Source of the DNA: an uncultured Methanosarcinaceae archaeon | GTDB lineage: Archaea; Halobacteriota; Methanosarcinia; Methanosarcinales; Methanosarcinaceae | Assembly: GCA_963721455.1 (NCBI GenBank) | Contig: CAVRJG010000052.1 | Span: forward strand, 1 to 64,000 | Direction: 5' to 3' | DNA: 64,000 nucleotides | Made by a program: the position numbers and the translations under genes | Notes under the pieces: generated by a model | The model's input: the letters and a program-made list of their open reading frames with translations, nothing else | The model's database searches: none | What the model was told of the DNA's origin: nothing | In this document: one piece after another, positions 22,032 to 31,964 of the stretch | How the letters are laid out: each line of letters starts with the position of its first letter | Position numbering within the stretch: the first letter of the stretch is position 1

Positions 22032-22796
22032 ATGGGCAGAGTAAGTGTAAAAAATATTTCACGCACCTTCACTAAAAAAGAAGACAATTCCGGTACAGAA
22101 GCTTTACATGATGTAAGCTTTGATGTTGAAGACGGGGAGTTTATCTGCCTTCTGGGACCGTCTGGCTGTGGGAAGACCACTCTGCTCCGGATCGCTGCAG
22201 GACTTGAGACCCAGACTTCAGGAGAAATTACACTTAACGGAGTCCCTATAACTGGCCCGGATCCCAAAAGGGGTATGGTTTTCCAGCAGTATTCCCTCTT
22301 TCCCTGGAGAACGGTTATCGATAATATTACTTTTGGGCTTGAGATGCAGGGAATTAGTAAGGTTGAAGCCCGGAAGCATGTGGAGAAGTATATCGATCTT
22401 GTGGGCCTGGGGCAGTTCAAAAATAGCTATCCATATGAACTGTCCGGAGGCATGCAGCAGCGAGCGGCCATTGCAAGAGCCCTTTCCAATGAGCCCGAAG
22501 TTCTCCTCATGGACGAGCCCTTTGGGGCCCTGGATGCCCAGACTCGAAATATCCTCCAGGACGAACTCCTGAAGATATGGGAACAAAAACATGTGACCTT
22601 TCTTTTTGTAACTCACAGCGTGGATGAGGCGGTTGTTCTCTCGGACAGGATAGTGGTCATGACCTCAAGGCCAGGAAGGATAAAGGAGATCGTAAATGTG
22701 GATCTGCCCCGCCCAAGATGCAGGACAAGTCCCGAAGTTAACCGTTTAAGAGATCGTGTCCTGAAACTTCTGGAAGAGGAAAGGTTCCACAGGTAA
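22032..22796 (+). CDS. SsuB/TauB-type ABC ATP-binding protein
   Basis: GPSGCGKT, LSGGMQQR, LLMDEPFGALD, VTHS. Confidence 0.93.
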   Translation: MGRVSVKNISRTFTKKEDNSGTEALHDVSFDVEDGEFICLLGPSGCGKTTLLRIAAGLETQTSGEITLNGVPITGPDPKRGMVFQQYSLFPWRTVIDNITFGLEMQGISKVEARKHVEKYIDLVGLGQFKNSYPYELSGGMQQRAAIARALSNEPEVLLMDEPFGALDAQTRNILQDELLKIWEQKHVTFLFVTHSVDEAVVLSDRIVVMTSRPGRIKEIVNVDLPRPRCRTSPEVNRLRDRVLKLLEEERFHR

Positions 22797-22924
22797 ATTT
22801 TGACAGAATAGGAAGATAAAACCGCGGTATGAAAATGCAAAGAAAATGAAAGAAGAGAAGGAAAGAAGAGAAGGAAAGAAGAGAATTAAGAAAAAGAAGT
22901 TGAAAACTTGTTAGAGAGATCCGA

Positions 22925-23353
22925 TTATTCTTCGGCCCGGATAATCACTTTCGTTAACGGCTCTACTTTCCTGACAATAACTTTTCCCACAAGTTCAAGA
23001 GTGCCTTCTGCTTTTACGGAACCTATAGCGCACCCCGGCCTGACTCGGATATCTCCCTGGCAGGCTGCGGCATTTATTTTAGCTTTATCAAGAAGGACAA
23101 GTTCAGAAACCGTTTCTATATTGCCCAGAATTTTTGCCCCTGAGCAGACAAGGGCACTTCCGGCTTTTACGTTGCCCTGAACGACCGAACCTTTTCCAAG
23201 TTCAAGCCTGCCAGTCACTCTAAGATCTTTCCAGAACTTCACTTCCTGCCCGACAATTACGTTGCCGTCCAGAATAAGATCCTCCTCAAGAAAGGCTCTT
23301 TTTTCGATCACGTAAGTATTGGACCTGGGATGGTACTTGATAAAACGAATCAT
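22925..23353 (-). CDS. Bactofilin-like (polymer-forming cytoskeletal) beta-helix protein
   Basis: Repeating 'l.G.v / v.G.l.l' units (ILDGNVIVG, VTGRLELG, VQGNVKA, ILGNIET, AEGTLELVG). Confidence 0.6.
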   Translation of the reverse strand: MIRFIKYHPRSNTYVIEKRAFLEEDLILDGNVIVGQEVKFWKDLRVTGRLELGKGSVVQGNVKAGSALVCSGAKILGNIETVSELVLLDKAKINAAACQGDIRVRPGCAIGSVKAEGTLELVGKVIVRKVEPLTKVIIRAEE

Positions 23354-23760
23354 TAGAAATCACTCCGGGATACTTTCCCCGGTTATCGCTGTAGAACAAA
23401 TATTTTATCTGAAAAGCATTTGCAAAAATTTTGTCAATTGGGTTTCCAAAATATGATTGAATACCTATTATATAATAGCATCGAATGTTCACTATCAGAT
23501 GCCTGAAACTGAGGAATCAATCCGGAGATCAGGATAAAACCTTACCCGATAACATAAGTTTAAAATTAAAAGATCGCCAGGCAATAAATTAGCAGCCCGG
23601 ATAAAACAAACATAAACCACTAATTAAAAATAACCAAAAAGAATACAACCCGGAAGATAAAGAAAAGATCAGAAGAAAAGATCAAAGAAAAGTAAGACTG
23701 AAGAATTATATATAGATACGATTTTTCAGTCTCGCTCTTTTTTAGTTTGAAATATCCTGC

Positions 23761-23967
23761 TTATTCAACGAGGCTGGCAAAACCATATTTGGGAAGTACC
23801 CTTTCGATCTTAATCCGGACCTCATCGCCAACTTTGGTGCCCGGCACAAAGATTACAAAACCCTCGATACGGGCGATGCCGTCTCCCTGGCGAGCGATAT
23901 CCTGGATTGTTACATCGTAGACTTCGCCTTCTTCAACAGGAACAGGGCTACTTTCATCTCTGAACAT
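23761..23967 (-). CDS. Single TRAM-domain RNA-binding protein (copy 4)
   Basis: PVEEGEVYDVTIQDIARQGDGIARIEGFVIFVPG. Confidence 0.92.
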   Translation of the reverse strand: MFRDESSPVPVEEGEVYDVTIQDIARQGDGIARIEGFVIFVPGTKVGDEVRIKIERVLPKYGFASLVE

Positions 23968-24031
23968 TAAAACCATTCCTTTAATTTACTTACTTAAATT
24001 TAATGTAATTATTTGATTTCCTTAACTGCAT

Positions 24032-24238
24032 TTACTCGACAACGCTTGCAAATGCAAATTTGGGAAGTACTCTTTCGACCTTAATCTGGACTTCATCGCC
24101 AACTTTGGTGCCGGGCACAAAGATTACAAAACCTTCAATACGTGCAATGCCGTCTCCCTGGCGAGCAATATCCTGAATTGTTACATCGTAGACTTCGCCC
24201 TCTTCGACAGGGACTAAGCGACTTTCTTCTCTGAACAT
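24032..24238 (-). CDS. Single TRAM-domain protein (copy 3)
   Basis: Same motif, 68 aa. Confidence 0.92.
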   Translation of the reverse strand: MFREESRLVPVEEGEVYDVTIQDIARQGDGIARIEGFVIFVPGTKVGDEVQIKVERVLPKFAFASVVE

Positions 24239-24303
24239 GAAAAACCATTCCTTTAATTTACTTACTTAAATTTAATGTAATTATTTGATTTCCTTAACTG
24301 CAT

Positions 24304-24510
24304 TTACTCGACAACGCTTGCAAATGCAAATTTGGGAAGTACTCTTTCGACCTTAATCCGGACTTCATCGCCAACTTTGGTGCCCGGGACAAAGACCACA
24401 AAACCCTCAATACGAGCGATGCCGTCTCCCTGACGAGCAATATCCTGAATTGTTACATCGTATACTTCGCCCTCTTCGACAGGGACTGAGCGACTTTCTT
24501 CTCTAAACAT
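24304..24510 (-). CDS. Single TRAM-domain protein (copy 2)
   Basis: Same motif, 68 aa. Confidence 0.92.
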   Translation of the reverse strand: MFREESRSVPVEEGEVYDVTIQDIARQGDGIARIEGFVVFVPGTKVGDEVRIKVERVLPKFAFASVVE

Positions 24511-24576
24511 GAAAAACCATTCCTTTAATTTACTTTACTTAAATTTAATGTAATTATTTGATTCCCTTAACTGCAT

Positions 24577-24783
24577 TTACTCGACAACGCTTGCAAATGC
24601 AAATTTGGGAAGTACTCTTTCGACCTTAATCTGGACTTCATCGCCAACACTCGTATTCGGGACAAAGACTACGAAACCTTCGATACGGGCGATGCCGTCT
24701 CCCTGGCGAGCAATATCCTGAATAGTTACATCGTAAGTTTCGCCCTCTTCAACGGGCACGGAAATACGTTCATCTCTAAACAT
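24577..24783 (-). CDS. Single TRAM-domain protein (copy 1)
   Basis: Same motif, 68 aa. Confidence 0.92.
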   Translation of the reverse strand: MFRDERISVPVEEGETYDVTIQDIARQGDGIARIEGFVVFVPNTSVGDEVQIKVERVLPKFAFASVVE

Positions 24784-25143
24784 TAGATTCATTCCTTTAT
24801 TAACTTCTATTAATCAGCTTAAGAAAGCTCTATCGACAATTAATCAGCTTAAGAAAGCTCTATCGACAGAAAAGAGTAAAAACAGTACTTAACAAGCCAA
24901 ACTTGAGAACCCAAATTTAGGAAGTACACATTCTACTTGATCTATTTGATTAACTGATCCCCAACAGAGCTTCGGATAAGTCAATTAATTGTGGTCATAC
25001 TCATATTCGCTTGTATATAACGTTTTGCTTTAATACCTTTAAAAAAAGAAAATAATGAAGTTAGGAAAATATCCGATGCCTGGCTTCCAGACTTCTGATT
25101 TCTCATTTTGAAGACGCTAAAATCATAGCAATTAATGTAAAAA

Positions 25144-25235
25144 AATAAAATCAATCAGAATAAAATAATAAAATCAATCAGAATAAAATAATAAAATCAA
25201 TCAGAATAAAATAATAAAATCAATCAGAATAAAAT
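25144..25235. repeat. 23-bp tandem repeat x4 (AATAAAATCAATCAGAATAAAAT)
   Basis: Direct reading. Confidence 0.85.
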
Positions 25236-25416
25236 ACGTGTTATATTAAGGAGAAAGGTTTTTTTAGGAGTAACTTTTTAAGAAGACCGAAACAAATTCT
25301 TATAAAATTAAGATTCGAGTTCGGAAAGATTCAGAGTATGTATGTTCCTGCCGAAACCTATAAATATTCAAAGATCCATTGTGAGAGTCGTTCACTCAAT
25401 GAGAATAACAATGCGT

Positions 25417-25490
25417 GGGCCCGTAGCTTAGTCAGGCAGAGCGATGGACTCTTAATCCATAGGCCGGGGGTTCAAATCCCTTCGGGCCCG
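25417..25490 (+). tRNA. tRNA-Lys (CTT)
   Basis: GGGCCCG acceptor stem pairs with CGGGCCC; anticodon arm ATGGA-CT-CTT-AA-TCCAT; TTCAAAT T-loop; CCA not encoded; TATAAATA upstream. Confidence 0.95.
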
Positions 25491-25636
25491 CTAATCTATT
25501 TTTCAAAATTTTTAAATTTTAAAGAATCTATTTTTCATCAAGCTTTTTCTCAATGAGATAAAAGTAGCATCTTTGAAAAAAGATTAATGGCTAAAAGGCT
25601 CAATATATCTAAAATATCTAAATGGGTGCAACTTTA

Positions 25637-25807
25637 ATGCCAAAAGTAAGTGTTGAAATCCCTCAAGAGCTTCTGGATGACCTCAACAAGCATGTGGGAG
25701 ATAACAAGAAATTTGTCAATCAGTCCGATGCTATCCGAACTGCCATTCGCAAGATGCTGGACATGATGGATGATATTGACAGAAGGCACGGGAGACTCAA
25801 TAAATGA
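25637..25807 (+). CDS. Ribbon-helix-helix (CopG/MetJ-like) small protein
   Basis: MPKVSVEIPQELLDDLNKHV...SDAIRTAIRKML. Confidence 0.8.
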   Translation: MPKVSVEIPQELLDDLNKHVGDNKKFVNQSDAIRTAIRKMLDMMDDIDRRHGRLNK

Positions 25808-26039
25808 TCAGAAATTCTGAAATTAAAAACCAATTATAAAATCAGTTATAATACAGTTATAAAAGTCAATTATAATAACCACCCCTTTATTTCCACTGTG
25901 CTTTGGCATCTAGCGACTATTTTTTGAAGAATTCCATATTTCGGCTTAGCTTCCACTGGAGAGAAAAATGAAGCCTGATCTTTCAGGCTATTGACTTCCT
26001 GATGCAGGTTTTACAAAAAATTACTAAAAAATTTCAGAG

Positions 26040-27074
26040 TCAGAGAGATTCCCTGAAATCCCTGATACCCTGAGCTACGTTGGAGAGCAGAATGAAAGCT
26101 ATTCTCTGGTTAGGCCAGGCACCCAGACCGCAGTCAGGACCCACATACTTAACCAGGTTGCCGAAACGCCTGTAAGCAAGCTTAAGCCTTTTTGTTATAA
26201 TAGCCGGGGTTTCGAGTTCGGTAACAATTTCCGGAAGGTATTGCTGATCTTTCCAGACGTTAGTACAGTACCTTTCGTTAAGGACTCCTGCCAGGGTGTA
26301 TATATCGGTTCTTGCAATCCCGAGCCTCAGGAATGAATCTGTACTTTCCAGTACTTTTTTGTCAATTAATTCCAGATAGGAAGGCGTGCCTGCTGATTCC
26401 ACTCCTATTACGTTGATTGTAGGAGTTTCGCAGGCAAAGTTATAATAAAGAGGAGAATGAAGATGAATCTCTACATCGGCACCCCACTTACTTCCTGATT
26501 TTGAAGCATCGGTAAGGGCAGAAATAATATCATTTTCATCAAAGGCAAGCTCGGGATTCAGTCCTATGCTTGGCTCATCAATAGAAACCGTTGCGATCTT
26601 GAAATGCTTTGCAGATCTCATCGAGTTTCTAACGAAATTGTTTATGCTTTTTGCAAAAAGAGAATAGATGTCCGTGTAGCGTGTACCCCCGAACTCTTTC
26701 AGGTAAAGTTCGGTTGGGCCGGTTACGCAGATCCGGACCTTCAGAGTCTCGCCGAACTGTTCCTTATAGGCTTTTGCAACCTTCTCTATAGCCTCAAGCT
26801 CTTCGATCCTGGCGCACTCAAGTTTAACCTCAAATGGACTGTCACAGCAGTTAGAATCCCGGATAACCTTCAGGAACTGCTCATTCATGTCCTGATACTG
26901 AGGATAAGTGGGAACCTCCACACCTGCATCTATTTTCTGCTGGAAGGCGTCATTGATTACCGTAAAGAGTTTCTCATCTTCTGTTCTCGTTTTAAAGGCG
27001 TTTCGGACCCACTCCTTGCTAACTCCTTCAGGAAGGGGGTAACTTCCGATATCGTCAAAGATGATTTCTTCCAT
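26040..27074 (-). CDS. Core (MetE C-terminal-like, folate-independent) methionine synthase family protein
   Basis: DDIGSYPLP, VTGPTEL, SIDEPSIG, IHLHS, GPDCGL. Confidence 0.8.
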   Translation of the reverse strand: MEEIIFDDIGSYPLPEGVSKEWVRNAFKTRTEDEKLFTVINDAFQQKIDAGVEVPTYPQYQDMNEQFLKVIRDSNCCDSPFEVKLECARIEELEAIEKVAKAYKEQFGETLKVRICVTGPTELYLKEFGGTRYTDIYSLFAKSINNFVRNSMRSAKHFKIATVSIDEPSIGLNPELAFDENDIISALTDASKSGSKWGADVEIHLHSPLYYNFACETPTINVIGVESAGTPSYLELIDKKVLESTDSFLRLGIARTDIYTLAGVLNERYCTNVWKDQQYLPEIVTELETPAIITKRLKLAYRRFGNLVKYVGPDCGLGAWPNQRIAFILLSNVAQGIRDFRESL

Positions 27075-27218
27075 ATCCTCTTAGTAGACCTGTAAGAATT
27101 TAGCATTATTGGAAAGACAGATTGGAAAGATAGAAAAAATTACAAAAAATAGAAAAGAAAGAGTCGGGAAAATCTAATCTTTAAGAATAAATTTATTTAC
27201 TCAGCTATTTGGTTAAAG

Positions 27219-28259
27219 TCATTTTCCTGATCTTTCTGCATTAAATTCATTGATGCCTTTTGCGGTATTTTCAAGAAGTTTGAAAGCAAGATCCTGGTCC
27301 GGCCAGAACGCCAGCCCGCAATCCGGACCTGCATACTTTATCCGGTCCCCGAGAACAGAATAAGCCGTTTCAAGCCTCTTTTTTACAACATCCGGAGTCT
27401 CGAGGTCAGTAACGATTTTCTGCATATACTCCTTTTCCTTCCAGGCATTAACCCCATACGTTTCATTAATGATGCCTATAAGGCTGGAAATATCGGTCCT
27501 CGATACTCCAAGCCTGATGTAAGTATTCGAGTCCTCCAGCACTTTTTTGTCCAGGATGTCCATGTAGGAAGGAGTCGCCGCATATTCAAAGCCGATAACA
27601 TTGATAGGGGTCTCGCAGACAAGCTTATACTTCAACGGAGAGTGCAGATGAATTTCCATATCGGCCCCCTGTTTCCGAGCATAAGTGGAAGCAAGGGTAA
27701 GAGCAGAGATGATGTCAGGATCAGAAAACGGGATCCTATCGTTAATTCCGAGGCTGGGTTCATCCAGGGCTACAACCCTGATTTCAAAATTTTTCGCGGT
27801 TTTAAACGCCTGTTTTATAAAAGTTTCGATGTCCAGCGCAAGGATATGGTATGCATCCACGTAATCCGTTGCCCCGAAGGCTTGAAGGTAGAGATCTGTA
27901 GGACCCGCAACACAAACCCTCACCCCCAGAGTCTCACCTGTATCTTCTCTGTACTGCCTTGCAACCTCGTCAATTATTTCCAGCTCAAGGATCTTTGCAT
28001 TTTCCTCTTTCAGCACATAAGGCTCATAACAGTTCTTTTCATCTTTGATAATATCCAGAAACTGTCCGATTTTGTCCCGAAACTGAGGATAAGTGGGAAC
28101 GTGCACTCCCACATCGATTTTCCTCCGGAAAGATTCCCTTATCATGGAAAAGAGTTTCTCATCTTCATCCCGGTTTTCAGCCGCAGCCTTTACCCATTCC
28201 CTCGTGAAGCCCTCAGGTGTGGGAAGGCTGCCTCCATCGATAAAAGTGATGTCCTGCAT
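27219..28259 (-). CDS. Second core methionine-synthase family paralog
   Basis: DGGSLPTP, AGPTDL, LDEPSLG, IHLHS, GPDCGL; collinear with the neighbouring gene. Confidence 0.78.
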   Translation of the reverse strand: MQDITFIDGGSLPTPEGFTREWVKAAAENRDEDEKLFSMIRESFRRKIDVGVHVPTYPQFRDKIGQFLDIIKDEKNCYEPYVLKEENAKILELEIIDEVARQYREDTGETLGVRVCVAGPTDLYLQAFGATDYVDAYHILALDIETFIKQAFKTAKNFEIRVVALDEPSLGINDRIPFSDPDIISALTLASTYARKQGADMEIHLHSPLKYKLVCETPINVIGFEYAATPSYMDILDKKVLEDSNTYIRLGVSRTDISSLIGIINETYGVNAWKEKEYMQKIVTDLETPDVVKKRLETAYSVLGDRIKYAGPDCGLAFWPDQDLAFKLLENTAKGINEFNAERSGK

Positions 28260-28356
28260 ACCTGTTATGTAAGACAGTATCAAGTATTATAATTATTGGA
28301 ATTAATTTGAATGAAAAGCCATATTCATGTATAATTGACAGAAATATCTAAATCGA

Positions 28357-28548
28357 TTAGAATTGACAAAAATAATGAAGATTCTCAAGTATAGTTGACG
28401 AAATTGGGGAAATGGGATCCGGACTCATTTTTTCGATCAGCTTTCGGCACAGCATTTTATAGTCTTCGTCAAGGTAGCGGTCTGCAAAGCTATCTGTCAT
28501 CTGGATTAGAGTATCCTTCTTTTGTTGCACAAGTTCGCGATTGCTCAT
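28357..28548 (-). pseudogene. Truncated hypothetical (resembles DUF6398 N-terminus)
   Basis: 'MTDSFADRYLDEDYKMLCRKLIEKMS' followed by unrelated sequence; AGAGGA RBS upstream. Family call is from recall only. Confidence 0.45.
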
Positions 28549-28813
28549 AGTTTATCCTCTGAGGATATAATTATATAATTTATACTTAATAGTTTTTTCA
28601 AGACCCAATGGAAAAGAGATTAGAAATAAGACGTTACAACGTTGACTCCATAAACCAGCCCTCTCAAACCTGAAAACCTGCAAAAAACGGGCTCAATTTT
28701 TTTCCTTATTCATTTTTTTTGAAGTATTCTACAGAAGATAAACCCGGTTCTCATCGAGTTCCATAGACGGTGGAGTTAAGGTTTAAAAAGAAAATTTTTC
28801 AACAAAATATCAA

Positions 28814-29341
28814 TTACGGGTACATATTCCCGTTACCCAGAATCCGCCACATATCCTCTATTTTTACTATTCCGAAATTAAGATACCAGCCCACCTTTGC
28901 CAGAGAACTTACCTCTTCCGAAACCTTAACAGGTCCGATTTCTCTGTAAGGATCAAGGTAATCCTCTACCCACAATTTTCCTGGCTCAATCCTCCTTATC
29001 TCGAAATCTCCCCCTTTCCACTCTGGACTATCTTCAGCCGGATGCGCATCCACATAATCGCAGAGCAAACTGCCAAATTTCTGGACCTGAGAAGCGGCCT
29101 TTTTCCCCTTTTTCCTTATATTCCCTACAACCTCAGCAAGTTCATTATAATGCTCGGGATCAAGGTAGTCTTTTTCATAAGCCCAGGGCAGGAATTTACG
29201 GAAAAATCGTCTTGAAGTTTCAACGAAAGTTGCACTCCCTCCAACATCATTAATCAGATAATCTTCAAGGAGATATTCAATATCTGAAGGCGCAATATAC
29301 GCAAGGTCAAAAATCTGGCAGTATTCTTTATGCTCGTTCGA
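28814..29341 (-). pseudogene. 5'-truncated hypothetical protein, paralog of the IS-interrupted gene
   Basis: Open frame SNEHKEYCQIFDLAYIAPSDIEYLLEDYLINDVGG...FLPWAYEKDYLD...GNMYP with no ATG before the TGA at 29426-29428. Confidence 0.65.
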
Positions 29342-29659
29342 AACGGAGAAATACAGAAAAAAGGGGAAAGAAGGGAACTGCCTGAAAAACCGGATTCTCC
29401 AGTTACCATTCCAGCAAAGATCTCCTCAATACCTTTTCTAATACCTTTTCTTATATTTCCTGAGGACTTCACTGTTTACTTCAAAAGCTTTCTCGTCAAT
29501 GTAACCTTTTTTCTGGGCCCATTCAAAGAATTTGTCAAGGACTTTAGCAGCTGTGCCTGTGAACTTTTTGCCTCCCCCGACCTCAACCACGTAGTCATCA
29601 AGGAAGTCCTTAATTCCGGAGGGGGTGAGATGCTCAGGATCGAAAATGTCACAATAATT

Positions 29660-31435
29660 GTATCCTCTTCAAATTTGATGGGTTTTCAATCACAGGAAAA
29701 ATATAATAGTTGCTCCATTTACCCTTATCATATTTTGGAGTAAAAAGATGGAACTCGAAGCTTTAAAACAATTGCTGGCATCTTTGGATATCAATCCTGA
29801 TGAAATTGAGGATAAAAGGTATGCTACAGCTTTTCGCATTTTGTTTGCTATCATTGAAAAACAGAACGAGGAGATAGAATTCCTCAAGGCAGAGAACCAA
29901 AAGCTTCGGGATGAAATCAATTTACTCAAAGGTGAACAAACCAAACCTAAGATTCGTGGCTCTAAAAAGAGTGAAGATATTTCTTCTGAGAAAGAGAGAC
30001 GAAAAAGAGAGCATCCATAGGACAAAGAACCTAAATCAAAACTGGACAAAATAGAGGTTCATCGAATTGAAACATGTAAAGTTGATAGATCCGTTTTACC
30101 CAGTGACGCATATCCTAAAGGTTATAGGGACGTAATAATTCAGGATATATCCATAAAGCCTGTGAACACCAACTACAGGATAGAGATATTTTATTCTCCT
30201 TCTGAGCATAAAACATATTCAGGAGAATTACCACATGGTATCAAAGGTGAATTTGGTCCTGGAATCAAATCTCTGATAATCACACTTAACCATGTTGCGA
30301 ATGTTTCAGAGCCCAAAATACATGAATTTCTGGAAAATATTGGTGTTTATATATCCAAAGCCACTATTTCTCGAATTTTGACAAAAGATACTGATATCTT
30401 CCATCAGGAGAAAGCTGAGATTTTTCTGGAAGGTCTTAAGGCTTCGCCTTATCAGCAGATTGATGATACAGGTGCAAGAGTCAATGGTAAAAATCACTAT
30501 ACTCAAATTCTTTGTAATCCTTATTATGCTGCTTATTTTACAGTTCCCAACAAGAGTCGAGAAAATATTTTAGATGTACTTCTATGTGGAAAAGAAAAAA
30601 CGTACTGCTTTAATGAGGAAGCATTTGATTTGATGAAAACGTTTAATGTTTCCCAAATCTGGATGGAAAAGCTCTCTTCTTTTAAAAACAAAATATTCAG
30701 TGACGAAGAAATGCGTCGAAAACTGGATTATTTTTTCTCGCCTAATGGATATAAAACCACTAAGAAGAAAGTCCTTGAAGCCTGTGCAATTGCGGCATAT
30801 CATCAGAGTACAGACATACCTGTGGTTACCTTCCTTCTGAGTGATGATGCACCTCAATTCAGGCAAGTTGCATCACATCATGCTCTTTGTTGGATTCATG
30901 ATGGGAGAAACTACAAGAAATTGAGGCCAATAGTACCATATTATAAGGAAAAGCTGGAAGCTTTTCTGGATAGGTACTGGGACTTTTATGGGGAACTCGT
31001 TAAGTTTCGAGAAAAACCAGATTCAGAGGTAGCGAAGCAATTATCCATTAAGTTTGATCAGTTGTTTTCGACTATAACAGGATACGAACAGTTGGATGAA
31101 AGAATCGGTAAGACGAAAGAGAAAAAGGAACATCTATTAAAGGTACTGGTTTTGCCAGAGGTTCCGCTGCATAACAATGCAGCGGAACTAGCGGCGAGAG
31201 CAAAGGTCAGAAAAAGAGATGTGAGCCTTCAAACCATAACAGATGAAGGGACAAAGGCAAACGACACATTTATGACGATTGTTCAGACTGCAAAGAAACT
31301 GAGTATAAGTGCATATCAGTACATATGTGATAGAGTGAGCAATACATTTGAGATGCCATCTCTGGCTCAACTCATTAGAGAAAAAAGCTCATTGAGTTGA
31401 AAGTCAGAGCTTTCCACTCAATTTGAAGAGGATAC
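29660..31435 (+). mobile_element. Complete IS66-family insertion sequence (single-ORF type), 1776 bp
   Basis: Perfect 16-bp TIRs GTATCCTCTTCAAATT (29660-29675) and AATTTGAAGAGGATAC (31420-31435); 8-bp TSD CAATAATT at 29652-29659 and 31436-31443. Confidence 0.95.
29748..31400 (+). CDS. IS66-family DDE transposase with one in-frame TAG at 30018-30020
   Basis: Track ORFs 29748-30020 and 30162-31400 are the same frame, joined by 47 sense codons. N-terminal coiled coil, IDDTGAR, LSDD, CWIHDGR, HNNAAE. Confidence 0.88.
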
Positions 31436-31964
31436 CAATAATTCTTGTTTTCGTGTTCGTGCCGGGCAGTGTAAAGGTCTCTGTCCTCCTCAGAAAGAAA
31501 ATCCTCGGCACCGAATTCGAGGAATTCTTCGTAAAGAAGAATCGCATCTTCAAAGTCCAGAAAGGTTTCAGGTTTCAAACAGGCTTCCTGCTCATTCAAG
31601 AAATTCCGAAAAGCTTCATTTATAGTGATCATATTATCTCTGCAGCAGTACTTGTAAAGTACTCTCATTTTTGCTGCAAAAGATTTTATATTTTTCTCAA
31701 GCATTCTGTACAGAAATGGATGGATGTTTTTAACTGCCAGGATCTCAAGAAGATATGAAAAGGGCATTTAAACAGTAAATCACATCTGAACAATAAATCA
31801 AAAAAATAAAATTCAGGGGAAATAAGAAGGGAAGAATAGAAAATACCTTTATTTCGGATCTTCTTTTTTCATCTTCCTTTTTCTTCGTCTTTTCGTCTTC
31901 CTTTGTTCTTCTTTCCCATATCAATTGTTTTCTATCTTTTATCTCCAGCCCTCTTTTTATCTTA

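Larger units (their letters stand above)
29438..31632 (-). pseudogene. Hypothetical protein interrupted by the IS66-family element
   Basis: Removing the IS and one TSD gives MITINEAFRNF...HENKNY|CDIFDPEHLTPSGIKDFLDDYVVEVGG...KKRY*. Confidence 0.85.

Noticed and set aside
25417-25490. tRNA as tRNA-Pyl or as an integration site
   Set aside because: The anticodon is CTT (Lys) with a canonical cloverleaf; no duplicated tRNA 3' end or integrase was seen nearby.
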